Source: Dictyostelium discoideum (Eukaryota). From it: a stretch of DNA of 64,000 nt. The position numbers and the translations under genes are program-made. The stretch lies in the NCBI GenBank assembly GCA_000004695.1, contig CM000153.2:5184001-5248000 (forward strand), read 5' to 3'. The notes beneath the pieces were generated by a model, which saw nothing but the letters and a program-made list of their open reading frames with translations, ran no database searches and had not been told where the DNA came from. Positions 42,539-53,493 of this stretch are shown here, in pieces. Every line of letters begins with the position of its first letter. Position 1 is the stretch's first letter.

Positions 42539-42816
42539 AATAAATTAATTAATCAATTTTGATTGATTCTGTGCAAACTATAAATATTTTTTTATTTTAT
42601 TTTTCCATTATCATCTTTTTTATATTTGAATATTAATTATCTTCTTCCATTTTTTTTTTTTTTTTTTTTTGTATTGATTAAAAAGTGTTTAGACTTACAC
42701 TTAAGATATTAATTATAGGAGAGATCTAGATTTAGAAATAACAGATGTTTATAATGTTTATAATCTTTCATGTTGAGTGCAGTTTTGTTTAAGAAATGGT
42801 GGGCCTAGTTAATCAA

Positions 42817-42826
42817 GAATCGAACC
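42817..42826 (-). promoter_or_regulatory. ex-B box (extra B-box GGTTCGATTC) ~30 bp downstream of the tRNA-Leu gene
   Basis: Minus-strand GGTTCGATTC within CCAAGGTTCGATTCTTG, ~31 nt beyond the tRNA 3' end. Dictyostelium tRNA genes often carry an additional B-box-like element 20-40 bp downstream. The surrounding sequence does not fold as a second tRNA. Confidence 0.55.
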
Positions 42827-42857
42827 TTGGTTCTATGGGTATTTTTTTAAAAAGTCA

Positions 42858-42940
42858 TTGCAAGAGGCGAGATTCGAACTCGCGAACCGAATGGATGAGA
42901 TCTTAAGTCACACGGATTTAACCAGACTTTCCTACCCTTG
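42858..42940 (-). tRNA. tRNA-Leu (anticodon UAA), 83 nt with long variable arm
   Basis: Minus-strand sequence GCAAGGG-TA-GGAAAGTCTGGTTAAATCC-G-TGTGA-CTTAAGA-TCTCA-TCCATTCGGTTC-GCGAG-TTCGAAT-CTCGC-CTCTTGC-A. The 7-bp acceptor stem has one G.U pair. T-arm GCGAG/TTCGAAT/CTCGC. Anticodon loop CT-TAA-GA. The ~12-nt variable region is typical of type II Leu tRNAs. A T5 Pol III terminator lies ~7 nt downstream. Confidence 0.8.
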
Positions 42941-43446
42941 CTTTGGATGAATCATAATTTTTATTAGCAAAACTCGTTGGTTTGAATTGAAATAAATGAA
43001 GTTTGTCAAAGCAGAAGAAAATGTTAAAACAGATAAAAGGAAAATGATAAATAAGGTAATGATAACTCAAGTGATGAAAAAATTACTTTAAAAGAGAATG
43101 AAGATTATGTTATCAATCAAGAACAAGACAAAGAAGAAATCATGGTTACTCGAGATGTGGAAAATGAAGATTTAGAATTCATATGACGGTAAAGAAGATG
43201 GAGTTTATTATGAAATGGAAGATGGTGATGAAGAGGATGAGGAATTTAAATAATTATGTAAAAAATTATGTTTTAATTCAAAAATGTGATTCAAAAAAAA
43301 AGCATAATTTCAATTCAATTTGAGTTTAACTTAATTTTTTTTATTTATTGCAATTTTTTTTTTTTTGTTTTTTATATTTTCTATTGTTTTTATATATTTT
43401 AAAATTTAATATTTCAGGAATTTTCCAAAGATGGATAGTAAAAATA

Positions 43447-43876
43447 TTAAACAGTATTGCAAGTCAAAACAGTTGAGCCTTTGTTTGTTAAGGTTAATTC
43501 AAATCCTCCAAAACTACGGTCATATTCGGCAAAGTCATTAAATGTATCCTGTTCAGCTGGTGAGACACCGGCTTGCATTTGAATTGTACCAACACCACCC
43601 CCATCAACTTCACAATTAACAACTGTTGGTTTTGTAGCCCATGTTGGCTAAAAATATATAAAAAAATAAAAAAATAAAAAAAATAATTAATAAAAGGTTA
43701 GGATTTTAAAATGAAATAAATATATTATAAAATTTAATAAAATTTACAATTGATCCTTGAGATTGTCCTGGTTGTAAAGTCCATGGTCTAAATAATAATA
43801 ATAATTTTAGGTTATTTATTAGATACAATATCAATTAAAAATGAAAATTTTTTTTATCTTTATATTACCCAGCCAT
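43447..43876 (-). CDS. small hypothetical protein (~83 aa), three exons, unusually GC-rich codons
   Basis: Exon 1, 43876..43869 (ATGGCTGG|GTAATA). Exon 2, 43787..43748 (PWTLQPGQSQGSI, donor GTAAAT). Exon 3, 43647..43447 (PTWATKPTVVNCEVDGGGVGTIQMQAGVSPAEQDTFNDFAEYDRSFGGFELTLTNKGSTVLTCNTV*). Codons such as GCC/GGC/CCG/GGG stand out against the genome-typical AT-rich choice. Two Cys residues. No family recognised. Confidence 0.5.
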
Positions 43877-44613
43877 TTTTTATTTAATTTTTTAATTTAT
43901 TTAGAAAATTAAGATGTAAGAAAATTATAATTATTTAATTTTTAATTATTTAATAAAAAAAAAAAAAAAAAATTAATTTAAATACTTTTTTTTTTTTGAG
44001 AAAAAAAAAATAATCAAGATTAAAATAAATAATTAAAATTCAAACAATCTTCTTTTTTTATGTGCATTATAAGAAAGGATTATTTTTTATTGTGATTTTG
44101 ATAAGTAAGTTGGTTCTTCTCTTAAAAACAAAAAATAGAAAAGAGGTTTTTTTTTTAATTTTTCTCCACAAAATATTAAAAAAAAAAAAAAAATTTAATT
44201 TTTAACCCAAAACACTTTTCAAATTAGATTTTTTTTTGGTGAATTTGGCAATTAAAATAAAAATAAAAACTGATTGTAAACGTGTTGTTTAAATTGACTT
44301 TTACTCCTCTTTTTTTATGAAAAAAAAAAATCTTTTTTTTTATTAATATTATTAAATAAATAATTCCAATTTTTTATGGGAATTAATTTATTGTGGTTAT
44401 TTTGTAAATATGGTAAAAATCATTTTTATGTTTTTTTTTTTTGTTTTTTTTTTGATTAGGTGTCTCTTAATTATTCAAAAGTTTTTTTTTTTTTTTAAAA
44501 AAAAGGAATTATTTGAAATGATAATTTTTTGTAATAAATATTCACTTAAAAAAAAAGTTTTTTGGACAATCTTTATTATAATATACTAATAAATCCTTGT
44601 TTTTAGGTTTTAG

Positions 44614-44644
<31 letters not shown>

Positions 44645-44730
44645 GTTTAGATTAAAAAATTTCAAAAATAAAGGAATTAAATGTTTTAAAAATTAAATTA
44701 AATTTATTTATTTATTATTTGTTTGTTTTT

Positions 44731-44777
<47 letters not shown>

Positions 44778-45091
44778 TTATTTATTATTTAATGAAATTT
44801 CGTTTATTTATTTTTTTAATGAAATTTTATTTATCTCTATTTCAATGAAATTTCAAACAAAGATATAAACAAATATAAATAAATATATTTTTGTTTATTT
44901 CTTTGTTTGAAATTTCGTTGAATATTATTTTTAAATGGATCTAATTAAATGACTATGTACAAGGCCAAACGGCTGAAAGGGCTAATTGCAAGGTTTTTTT
45001 TAAAAAAAAAGAACTTCATAGGCTTATAACAAGGTTTTCTTATAAACAAAAATTAAAAAAACAAAAAAACCATTAAATTAATGGGGCAGAT

Positions 45092-46801
45092 TGTTGAACA
45101 TTAACACAATAATTTAACATTTATAATATAAAAATAAATATATAATAAGTTGATGTTTTATCGATAATCCTAAAATTTATTATGCATGTTTTTTTATTGC
45201 TGAAAATTTTTACTTTTTATATTTGAGATTAAAAATTATGTTTATGAGTTTTTAAATCGACATTAAAAACTCACCACGTGGCTTTTTCCCACCTAGGTGA
45301 GAAAAGTCTAATTATATAAACATAAATTATTTTAGTTTGTGAGCGAGATTGTATCTAATTTAATATCTTGATAAAACATAATTTTATTGTAACAATTTAA
45401 TTATTACATAATTATATTACAACACGCCACCTTTAGATTTTAATTTTTAAAATATTAAAATCTGATAATAATCTTAAAACATTATGATGATCATTCCATG
45501 TTTTATCACTCCCTCTTTCAACTGGTTTTCAGATTGCACCAATTTATTAAAATTACCAAATTTTTTTTTAACCATAAGAAGTTAAAGATGAAACTGGAAT
45601 CCATGCTTTAGTCTTTGAAATTATTAAATATTCTACCAATAGTTTACCACATTGATTTTCTAAATCTGGATTGTACTATTCATTTAGTGAGAATTAACCA
45701 AACCCATTAGCACACTAATAAACCTTTGGTCCATGGTTGGATCTTTAATGAATTTGACAACAACTTGTTCACGTTTTTAATGGATTTTGGCTTTTTAACA
45801 TTTAACATTAGTTGCTTAATCTGTCAACTTTTCACTTTTTGATTTTAAATTGAGGTTCTGCCAATAACATACTTTAAGTTGATCACCATCACCTTTGAGA
45901 AAATTCACGTTATCACTGAGACATGTTAAGTTAGACGATGGTCTTTGATACTCATCCAATCCAGTAGTTTTTCGGACCACTGATTGATGATTTGAAGTTT
46001 GACTTCCACATCCTTACCATTTACCACTATGACCTGATAATCTGAGGTTCTGATGTGTTCTGCAAGATCTGTCTTCAGCGAGAGCAGTCTCCATACTATT
46101 CATCTCTACCAAATCAGCATCTATAGGGCTGCCACTTACTCAATCTTCACTATGATCCGTTCTCTCAAAAGAATCTTTGTTGATCCCTTTGGTATTGAAC
46201 TATTGGGCTTATGAGACCTACGCTCTATCAACTGAGCCAACACGGCATGTTGATGTTTTTTTTTTTTTTTTTTTTTTAAAAATTTATTTTTATAAAATTA
46301 GTACAAAATAAAAAGGTAATTTACAAGTTATATATTTATTCTTTTAGTTATTTATATTTTTCTAAATCTTTGAGAAGCTACCATGTTGAACATTAACACA
46401 ATAATTTAACATAAATAATATAAAAATAAATAAATAATTAAAATACTCGCCTAAATTTTTGCTCATGTTAGGTTAAGAATCTTTTAATAGAAAAATATAA
46501 TAAAATTAAATAAATAAATATATAAGTTGATGTTTTATCGATAATCCTAAAATTTATTATTTATGTTGTTTTATAGTTGAAAATTTCTACTTTTTATATT
46601 TGAGATTTAAAATTATGTTTATGAGTTTTTCAATCGACATTTAAAACTCACCACGTGACTTTTTCCCACCTAGGTGAGAAAAGTCTAATTATATAAACAT
46701 AAATTATTCTAGTTTGTGAGCGAGATTGTATCTAATTTAATATCTTGATAAAACATAATTTTATTGTAACAATTTAATTATTACATAATTATATTACAAC
46801 A
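45092..46801 (-). mobile_element. candidate degenerate LTR-retrotransposon remnant: two direct LTR-like repeats (TGTTG...CAACA) flanking ~960 bp of non-coding interior
   Basis: Repeat 1 is 45092-45424 and repeat 2 is 46384-46801. They are ~95% identical, and repeat 2 has an ~85-bp insertion. Both begin TGTTGAACATTAACAC and end ATTATATTACAACA (terminal inverted dinucleotide TG..CA). Each contains a CACGTG-centred hairpin (CTCACCACGTGG...CCACCTAGGTGAG). In minus orientation the 5' repeat is followed directly by TGGTAGCTTCTC (primer-binding-site-like: TGG plus complement of a tRNA 3' end). The 3' repeat is preceded by AAAGGTGGCG (polypurine-tract-like). The interior (45425-46383) has no long ORF. 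Confidence 0.5.
46205..46246 (-). pseudogene. tRNA-Met-like 5' half (positions 1-38 only) embedded in the LTR-like element interior
   Basis: Minus-strand GCCGTGT-TG-GCTCAGTTGATAGAGC-G-TAGGT-CTCATAA. This is a perfect acceptor 5' strand, D-arm (GCTC/AGTTGATA/GAGC) and anticodon loop with CAT. Similarity stops exactly after position ~38 (the canonical tRNA intron/cleavage site). No T-arm or 3' acceptor strand follows. A T22 run (plus strand 46256-46277) lies 9 nt from its 5' end. Confidence 0.5.
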
Positions 46802-47259
46802 GCAGATGGAAATTTTATTTTTTTTTATTTTATTTTATTTTATTTAATTTTATTTTTTTTTTATTAAAAAAATGTTTTTGTATTCTTTTTTTGGTAAAAT
46901 CTCAAATTCTCATTTGGAATTATGTATTTTTTCTTTTTTATATTTTTTTTTAAATGTGTATAAAAGGTGTTGATGATTATTTTTTTTATTTTAAAAGTCC
47001 CCGTCATCTATAAAATTTAGAAAGAATGATATCAAATGTAAACTCACCTCAACCTCCCTCACAATTTATTGACGATGGATATTTAGTATTAAGTGAAATA
47101 AACATATGTGATGATTGTTCAAAAAACCAGGAAAATGAAAATGGTAAACACACATTTTATTATATTATAAATACTTTTAAAAATAAATTATTTTTTTTAA
47201 TCTATATCATTTTAATTAATTTCATTTTTATTAATATCATTTTCTTTAATATTATTTAC

Positions 47260-47450
<191 letters not shown>

Positions 47451-47468
47451 TATTATTAAACTATATAA

Positions 47469-48536
47469 AATGAATTTAGAATTAAAAAATATCAAAGAAA
47501 TATTGGATAAACTTACAAAAGGTAATTTTTTATTTATCATTTTTTTTTTTTTTTATTTTTAAAAAATCATATTAATTTAAAATTAACACAATTAATAATA
47601 CATGTAGATTTAAATGCACTTGAAAATAATTTTAATTCTAGATTAAATACACTTGAAAATAATTTTAATTCTAGATTAGATACACTTGAAAATAATTTTA
47701 TTTATTTTAAAAAAGGTATTATTTTACAATTATTATATTTATTTGTTTCTTCTTTATTTATTTATTTATAACTTATTAACTGGATTTATTTTACTGAATA
47801 TTCATTAATAGCAATTGTAGATGAAAAAATAATAATTAGTAAAGTTGGTAAATCTGAATTAATGTTATTGGGATTGGACAATAATTTTAAAATCAAAAAA
47901 ATTAATCAGCCATCAATTTCCCAACAACAACTTATGGAATTAAAATCATTTAATGTATTTGAATGGAAAGAAAATGAAAAATACTATGAATCCACAATGG
48001 ATATCAATAATTATTTTCATTATATCATTGATCAAGAAACTGAAGATATGGAAAATATGTACTTGTCAAATATTTCAAATCAACATACTGCTTTAAAATG
48101 CCAAGTTGGTGATATAGAATTGTCTGGTTCAGGAGATTATTTATTAGTAATTAATGGAAAAGGAAATCCTGAAAAAAGATTTAAATTGGATTTAGATTAT
48201 GTTAAAAATCCTTCAAATTTCGAGTTTGATAACGTTTATCTTGGTTTTGAAATTAAATCAACATCTACAATTAATGAATTTCAAGGAATTGCCGAATTAA
48301 TTGCAATTACAAGAAAATCAAACGGTTTGCACCCAATTCTCCACATTTCAACAAATTTTAATGATAATTATATATTTTCATTTTGGGATATTGAAGGTAA
48401 TGTAAATTGGGTAAAAATCGAAAGAAAATCGGCAATTAATTTAATTCAAAGTTTTGTTTTAAAATCAAAAGAATTTCCAAAAGAAAATTTTTACAATATC
48501 AATGGTATTAATATGTATTCTAAATCATTACAATAA
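47469..48536 (+). CDS. hypothetical protein with N-terminal 12-aa tandem repeats (LENNFNSRLxT; coiled-coil-like) and a C-terminal globular domain
   Basis: Exon 1, 47469..~47521 (MNLELKNIKEILDKLTKG, donor GTAATT). Exon 2, ~47604..~47713 (DLNALENNFNSRLNTLENNFNSRLDTLENNFIYFKKG; a 36-nt unit repeated twice). Exon 3, ~47812..48536 (AIVDEKIIISKVGKSELMLLGLDNNFKIKK...ORF 47862..48536). A possible extra 5' exon is 47026..~47145 (MISNVNSPQPPSQFIDDGYLVLSEINICDDCSKNQENENG|GTAAAC), unresolved. Confidence 0.55.
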
Positions 48537-48692
48537 TGTTATTTTATTGTATTTTTTTTATATATCTCAAGAATAATAATTTTCCCAAATGATTTAAGTA
48601 AAAAAATATTAATTAAAAAAAAACAACAATAAAACCTTTTGTTTCTCTTTGATTTTATTTAATTGTTTTAATAAACAAAAAAATAAAATTAG

Positions 48693-48725
<33 letters not shown>

Positions 48726-48784
48726 AATCTAAAATGGCATTTACAACAAAAATAATTTATTTTTATTAATTTTTTTTTTTATTC

Positions 48785-51065
48785 TTAATTATTATTATTA
48801 AAATAAATTTGGAATTTACTACCAAAAGTTAAATAAATTGGGTCCAATGTATTTAAAATAATATTATCATATTCGGTTGATAATAAAGTTAAATAAACAG
48901 ATGGATTAAATGTTAACATTTCAAAAGTGATAGTAGTTTGATTCCAACCAACATTGAATGTTGATCCTATATAATTCATTGATCTAATTTTAAGACTTGT
49001 TGTACCTTCTGGTAATTGAGGATAGAAATCCAAATTGCCTTGATGAATTCTAACTCCACCATAACCAAACATAAGACCTTGAAGGAATCCACCTAAAATA
49101 TATGAATATATATTAGTTTATGTTATAATTTTTATACTATAGTATTTACATTTATTACTTACCCATTCCTGTAGCAAAGTTAACAGCTCCACCAGTTGGA
49201 GTTTCAGTCCATACTAAGAATGGAGAGTTATTACAATTATTATAAGAACGAAACCATTGTTTAGTTGCATTTTCAAGACTTTCCAATTCTAACCATGCAA
49301 CGGTATGCATTGAATAAGTCATTGCAGGACCACTATTTGTTGTAACTGCTTCATAATAAATTAAATCATTCTTTCTAGCTTCTTTACTCATATTATACAT
49401 TAAAGGGAAACCTAATAAAACCACATCAGCTTGTTTGATAGTTTCACCATTATAACCTTGATACTCTGGATGCCATTGATTAACCTCATCAAATAAAATC
49501 ACTAAACCATTTGCAATTGATGACCAATGTTCAAATGGAATATTCTCTGTATCATTAATCAATGTTGCTACCTCAATTACCCATTCAAATGTCATTTTAA
49601 CAGCAACATTTGTATAAACTGAATTATTAACACCAACTGCATATTCATCTGGTGGAATAATAGTATTGATAGAATATTGTTGATTTAATTGATCATATTC
49701 AACTCTACTTGCCCAAAATTCTGCAATACCTTTAAGTGCTTTATAACCAAAATCAATTAACCAATCTAAATCACCTGTTAAATAATAATATTGTCTAATT
49801 GCTAATGCTATATCTGCTGTTATATGTTGTTCTAAAATACCCTATATAAATTTATAATTTATAATTAATATAAATTTATAAAATTTTAAATATAATATAT
49901 ATATATTACTTACAGTTGGAGCAAAAGTTGGACAAACTTCTATTCCAGTGAAAGCACTCTCCCATGGAAACATAAAACCAGTATAATTATTTGATTTATA
50001 ACTTAAAGCTTTTTCATGAGCACCTGGTAAATTATTGATACGATATTGTAAAAGACAATCTCTTACAAGTTTTGGATTTAATAAAAGTATTGGTGGAAGC
50101 ATCCAAGTTTCAGTATCCCAAAATGAATGACCATTATAACCATCAGATGCTAAACCACCTGGTGACATACCATATGACCAATCATCTCTAATTGATGAAA
50201 ATAAATAATACAATGAGGAATTTACAACTTGTTGTAAATGTGAATCTCCACCAACTTCAATACCAGATATCCAAATTTTATTCCATTCATCTAAATGACT
50301 CTTGATCAATTGATCAGCTAAAAGAAATGTTGTTTTATAAATATCTAAACTACCTTCGATATAATCATTTGTTTCAATATTTGTTAAAAATGAGGTGACA
50401 TAATGATGTTTCTTTTTCTCACCACTTTTAATTGTAATTGATTGAGGTATGGTTGTAGTTGTGACGGCCACTGATGTCATAAAATTAACTTCTGGCACTT
50501 TAATAGTAAGATTATACAATTGATAATCATTACCTGTGAATTGAGTATTTGTTAAATTTAAAATATTGAAATCAACATTTGCTGTAAGATTAATACCAAC
50601 AACACTCAATTGTAATGTGACATCTGTTTCAATATTACTATTATCAACTTCAATCTCTTGTACTAAAATATTTCTAATTTTTTGATGAGCATAAAAAATT
50701 TGTTTAACAATTGTACCTGGTGATGATGGAATTGAATAAACTCTAGTATAGGTTGCATTCTCTATATCTAAACCTGCATATTGAAATTGAGCATTACTGA
50801 TTTCAATATTTTGAAAATTTGGTATACCTGCTCTATGAGATGGTAAATTATTTGCATCTCCTAAATTTATAGCTGGTCCATTATACACACCACCAACATA
50901 TATTGATTCACCACCAATTACAAATGCAACATATCCATTACCAACATTTGTCATCAAATAATTAGTTGGTTCTTGTTCACCATTTGAAATTGATAATAAA
51001 TTACCTGCTTCAACTCTTTCATTCCACCATTGTGGTGGTTGTAAATATTCTTGTGAATTAATAAT
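48785..51065 (-). CDS. glycoside hydrolase family 65 protein (ATHL1/PGGHG-like; acid-trehalase-like) - N-terminal exon(s) unresolved
   Basis: Exons: ~51065..49904 (QIINSQEYLQPPQWWNERVEAGNLLSISNGEQEPTNYLMTNVGNGYVAF...GMSPGGLASDGYNGHSFWDTETWMLPPILLL...FMFPWESAFTGIEVCPTFAPT); ~49853..49163 (GILEQHITADIALAIRQYYYLTGD...WFRSYNNCNNSPFLVWTETPTGGAVNFATGMG); ~49094..48785 (GFLQGLMFGYGGVRIHQGNLDFYP...stop). Donors GTAAGT twice. Motifs are typical of the GH65 catalytic (alpha/alpha)6 barrel. The exon upstream of the A58 run at 51062-51120 was not identified. Confidence 0.8.
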
Positions 51066-51068
51066 CTG

Positions 51069-51123
<55 letters not shown>

Positions 51124-51939
51124 ATTAGTATTTGAAACTAAATTTTATTTTTTATCTTTCACCTAAAAAAAAAAAAAAGCATACAGATATTAAAACAATT
51201 ATAATAAATAATTTAATAATAATATTATTTTCATTTTATTAATAACCGATTATTGGTAACCAATAAAAAAAAAAAAAAAAATAAAATCTTTTTAACAACT
51301 TTTTTTGATTGGTTTTTTTTTTTTTTCAACCAGGAAAAAAAAAAAAAAATAAAATAAAATAAAAATAAATTAAAATTAAGATAATGGAATTTGGGATTTT
51401 ATAAAAAATTTAAAAAAAATATTTATTCGTAAATGGTATTTTTTGGGCGAAATCAAAATTATCCTAACACCAATACCATTGCTATTATTACTATTTTTTT
51501 TTTTTTTTTAATAATTATTAAATGGTGTTATTATTACAAGTGGACTTTTACCAATTAAAATAAAAAAGAGAAAAAAAACAAAAAAAAAAAAAATAAGAAA
51601 ATAAAAAAAAAAAATTTAATTTGATATTATTATACATTTAGATATGATATAATCAAAACAATGATTTGATTATATGATATATTTGTTATTTTGCTTTTAT
51701 TATAATAAATAATAATCACTTTTTAAAGAAAAAAAATAAATAAAAAAAATAAAAAAAAAGAGTGATATAATTTTGGTAAAGGTGTAGTGTGCTATTTACT
51801 GTGGTTGTTGTTGTTGTTGTTGTTGTTGTTATTGAGTAGTTTGATTTGTGAAGGGGTATGTGTGTATAATGTATAAAGTTGGTTTCTTTAAAATATTATT
51901 TCATTTTTTATATGGATTTTATGTGAGTGTGTATAGATA

Positions 51940-52841
51940 AATATTTAAGCGGTTGAATTATTATTACCACCTCTACCACCTCTTGAACTACCTCTAAAAT
52001 CTCCTCTACCACCTCTTGAACTTCCTCTATATTCACCTCTACCTCTACCTGCTGGTGATGAGTCGCCACCACCACTATTATTATTACCACCACCTCTACC
52101 ACCTCTATAACTATTATCACCTCTACCTCTACCAGATGCATCACCTCTACCTCTACCAGCGAAACCATCACCTCTACCTCTACCTCTATTACTATCATTT
52201 CTTTGTTGATATGTAGTTCTTAAAGTTTGTTCTTCTTCTGCTACTAAATCTATAATCTATTCAAACATTATAAAAAAGTTAGTAAATAATCATCCCCACA
52301 TAATAATTATTATTATATATTATTGATTGATTTTGTTCAATATTGAACAAGTTATGTACATACTTCATCAGGAACCGATATGTATTTAATTGTATTTCCT
52401 CTAATATAACATGATTGAATTTTCCAAAATTTATCAGAGTCTTTTGAGGTTCTAATAACATTTTTTAAATTTATGTTCATCCAATTATCGCAATTTACTA
52501 AAAGTCCATTATATGTTTCGCCATTCTTAAGTTCCACCATCTGAATAAAAAAAGTAATAATAAATTAATAAATAATTTAAAATGTTAGTAATGATGATGT
52601 GGCAGTGGTGGTAGTGGTGACAATATTTATATGATTTGGTTTTTATTATTATATAAAGAGAGTAGTTATGATGTGTTAACACTTACAATTTGGTGACCTT
52701 GACCTGTTCTTAATAATGAAAGTGGTAACTAATATAAATAATAATAAAAAATTAGTATTACAATATTGTAAAATTTTTAAAAAAAAATTAATAGTATATA
52801 TATATATATATATTTAAATGAATGAATTAACAAAATCGAAT
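51940..52841 (-). CDS. lsm4: U6 snRNA-associated Sm-like protein LSm4 with RG-rich C-terminal tail; start codon split by an intron
   Basis: Exon 1 is ATG alone (plus 52839-52841) followed by donor GTAAAT. Exon 2, 52728..52687 ([14 protein letters not shown], donor GTAAGT). Exon 3, 52540..52364 ([59 protein letters not shown], the Sm fold, donor GTATGT). Exon 4, ~52256..51940 ([10 protein letters not shown]...[24 protein letters not shown]...GGRGG...stop). Aligns with human LSM4 [82 protein letters not shown]. Confidence 0.85.
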
Positions 52842-53059
52842 AATTTACCATTGCTAATTTGAAGAAATAATGTTTATTTCTTTTTTTTTTTTTTTTTTTG
52901 AAATCAAATGAAATGAAAAAAAATTAAAAAAAATTAAAAAAAAAAAAAAACAAAATTTTTAATTTTTTAATTTTTTTTATTTTTTTTATTTTTTTTTTTC
53001 CTCAATTCGATCTTCATTATCGTATGATGTTCAAAATTCCAAAAATGGATAAATCATAT

Positions 53060-53440
53060 CAAACCAAATCAAATCAAATAATATTAAATCAAATCAAATA
53101 AAATCCAATATAATCTAAGATAATCAAATTTTTTATCAATATTTTATTGATTTTTTTTATTTTTTTTTTACAATCAATTTGAAACAAAATAGGTTTGGTC
53201 CAATTTAATTGTACTAATGATATTATGCATAGAGTTTAAAAGGGAATAAGAAATTGATTTACCATCTTGATCTAATAATAAAACATATGTTGGATTTCTT
53301 GGTGATTCGTCATCTTTTTTAATTTCTTGGATTGATAAATATCTATCATCTTTTGGTTTTAATGAAAGATCTAAATCTAAAAATAATAAAATAATAAAAA
53401 AAAGTTTTATAAAAAAAAATAAAATTTTATAAATTAATAT

Positions 53441-53493
<53 letters not shown>

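Noticed and set aside
42780-42850. Possible second tRNA gene downstream of tRNA-Leu (GGTTCGATTC with GGCCCACCA-like tail)
   Set aside because: Only the B-box is conserved. Candidate stems do not pair (two or more mismatches in the T-stem, no D-arm, no acceptor complement). It is interpreted as an ex-B box rather than a tRNA or pseudogene.
43000-43262. Acidic small ORFs (…EDYVINQEQDKEEIMVTRDVENEDLEFI* and …DGKEDGVYYEMEDGDEEDEEFK*) in two frames upstream of the tRNA
   Set aside because: They could be a frameshifted or intron-containing small acidic protein, but I could not find compatible GT/AG sites giving a single frame. They are equally consistent with chance ORFs in a purine-rich stretch. 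Left unannotated.
47026-47145. ORF 47026..47403 as an independent gene
   Set aside because: Only the first ~40 codons (MISNVNSPQPPSQFIDDGYLVLSEINICDDCSKNQENENG) look coding and end at a GTAAAC donor. The remainder is (ATT)n read-through. Whether it is a 5' exon of the 47469 gene or a separate tiny gene is unresolved, so it is mentioned only inside that feature.
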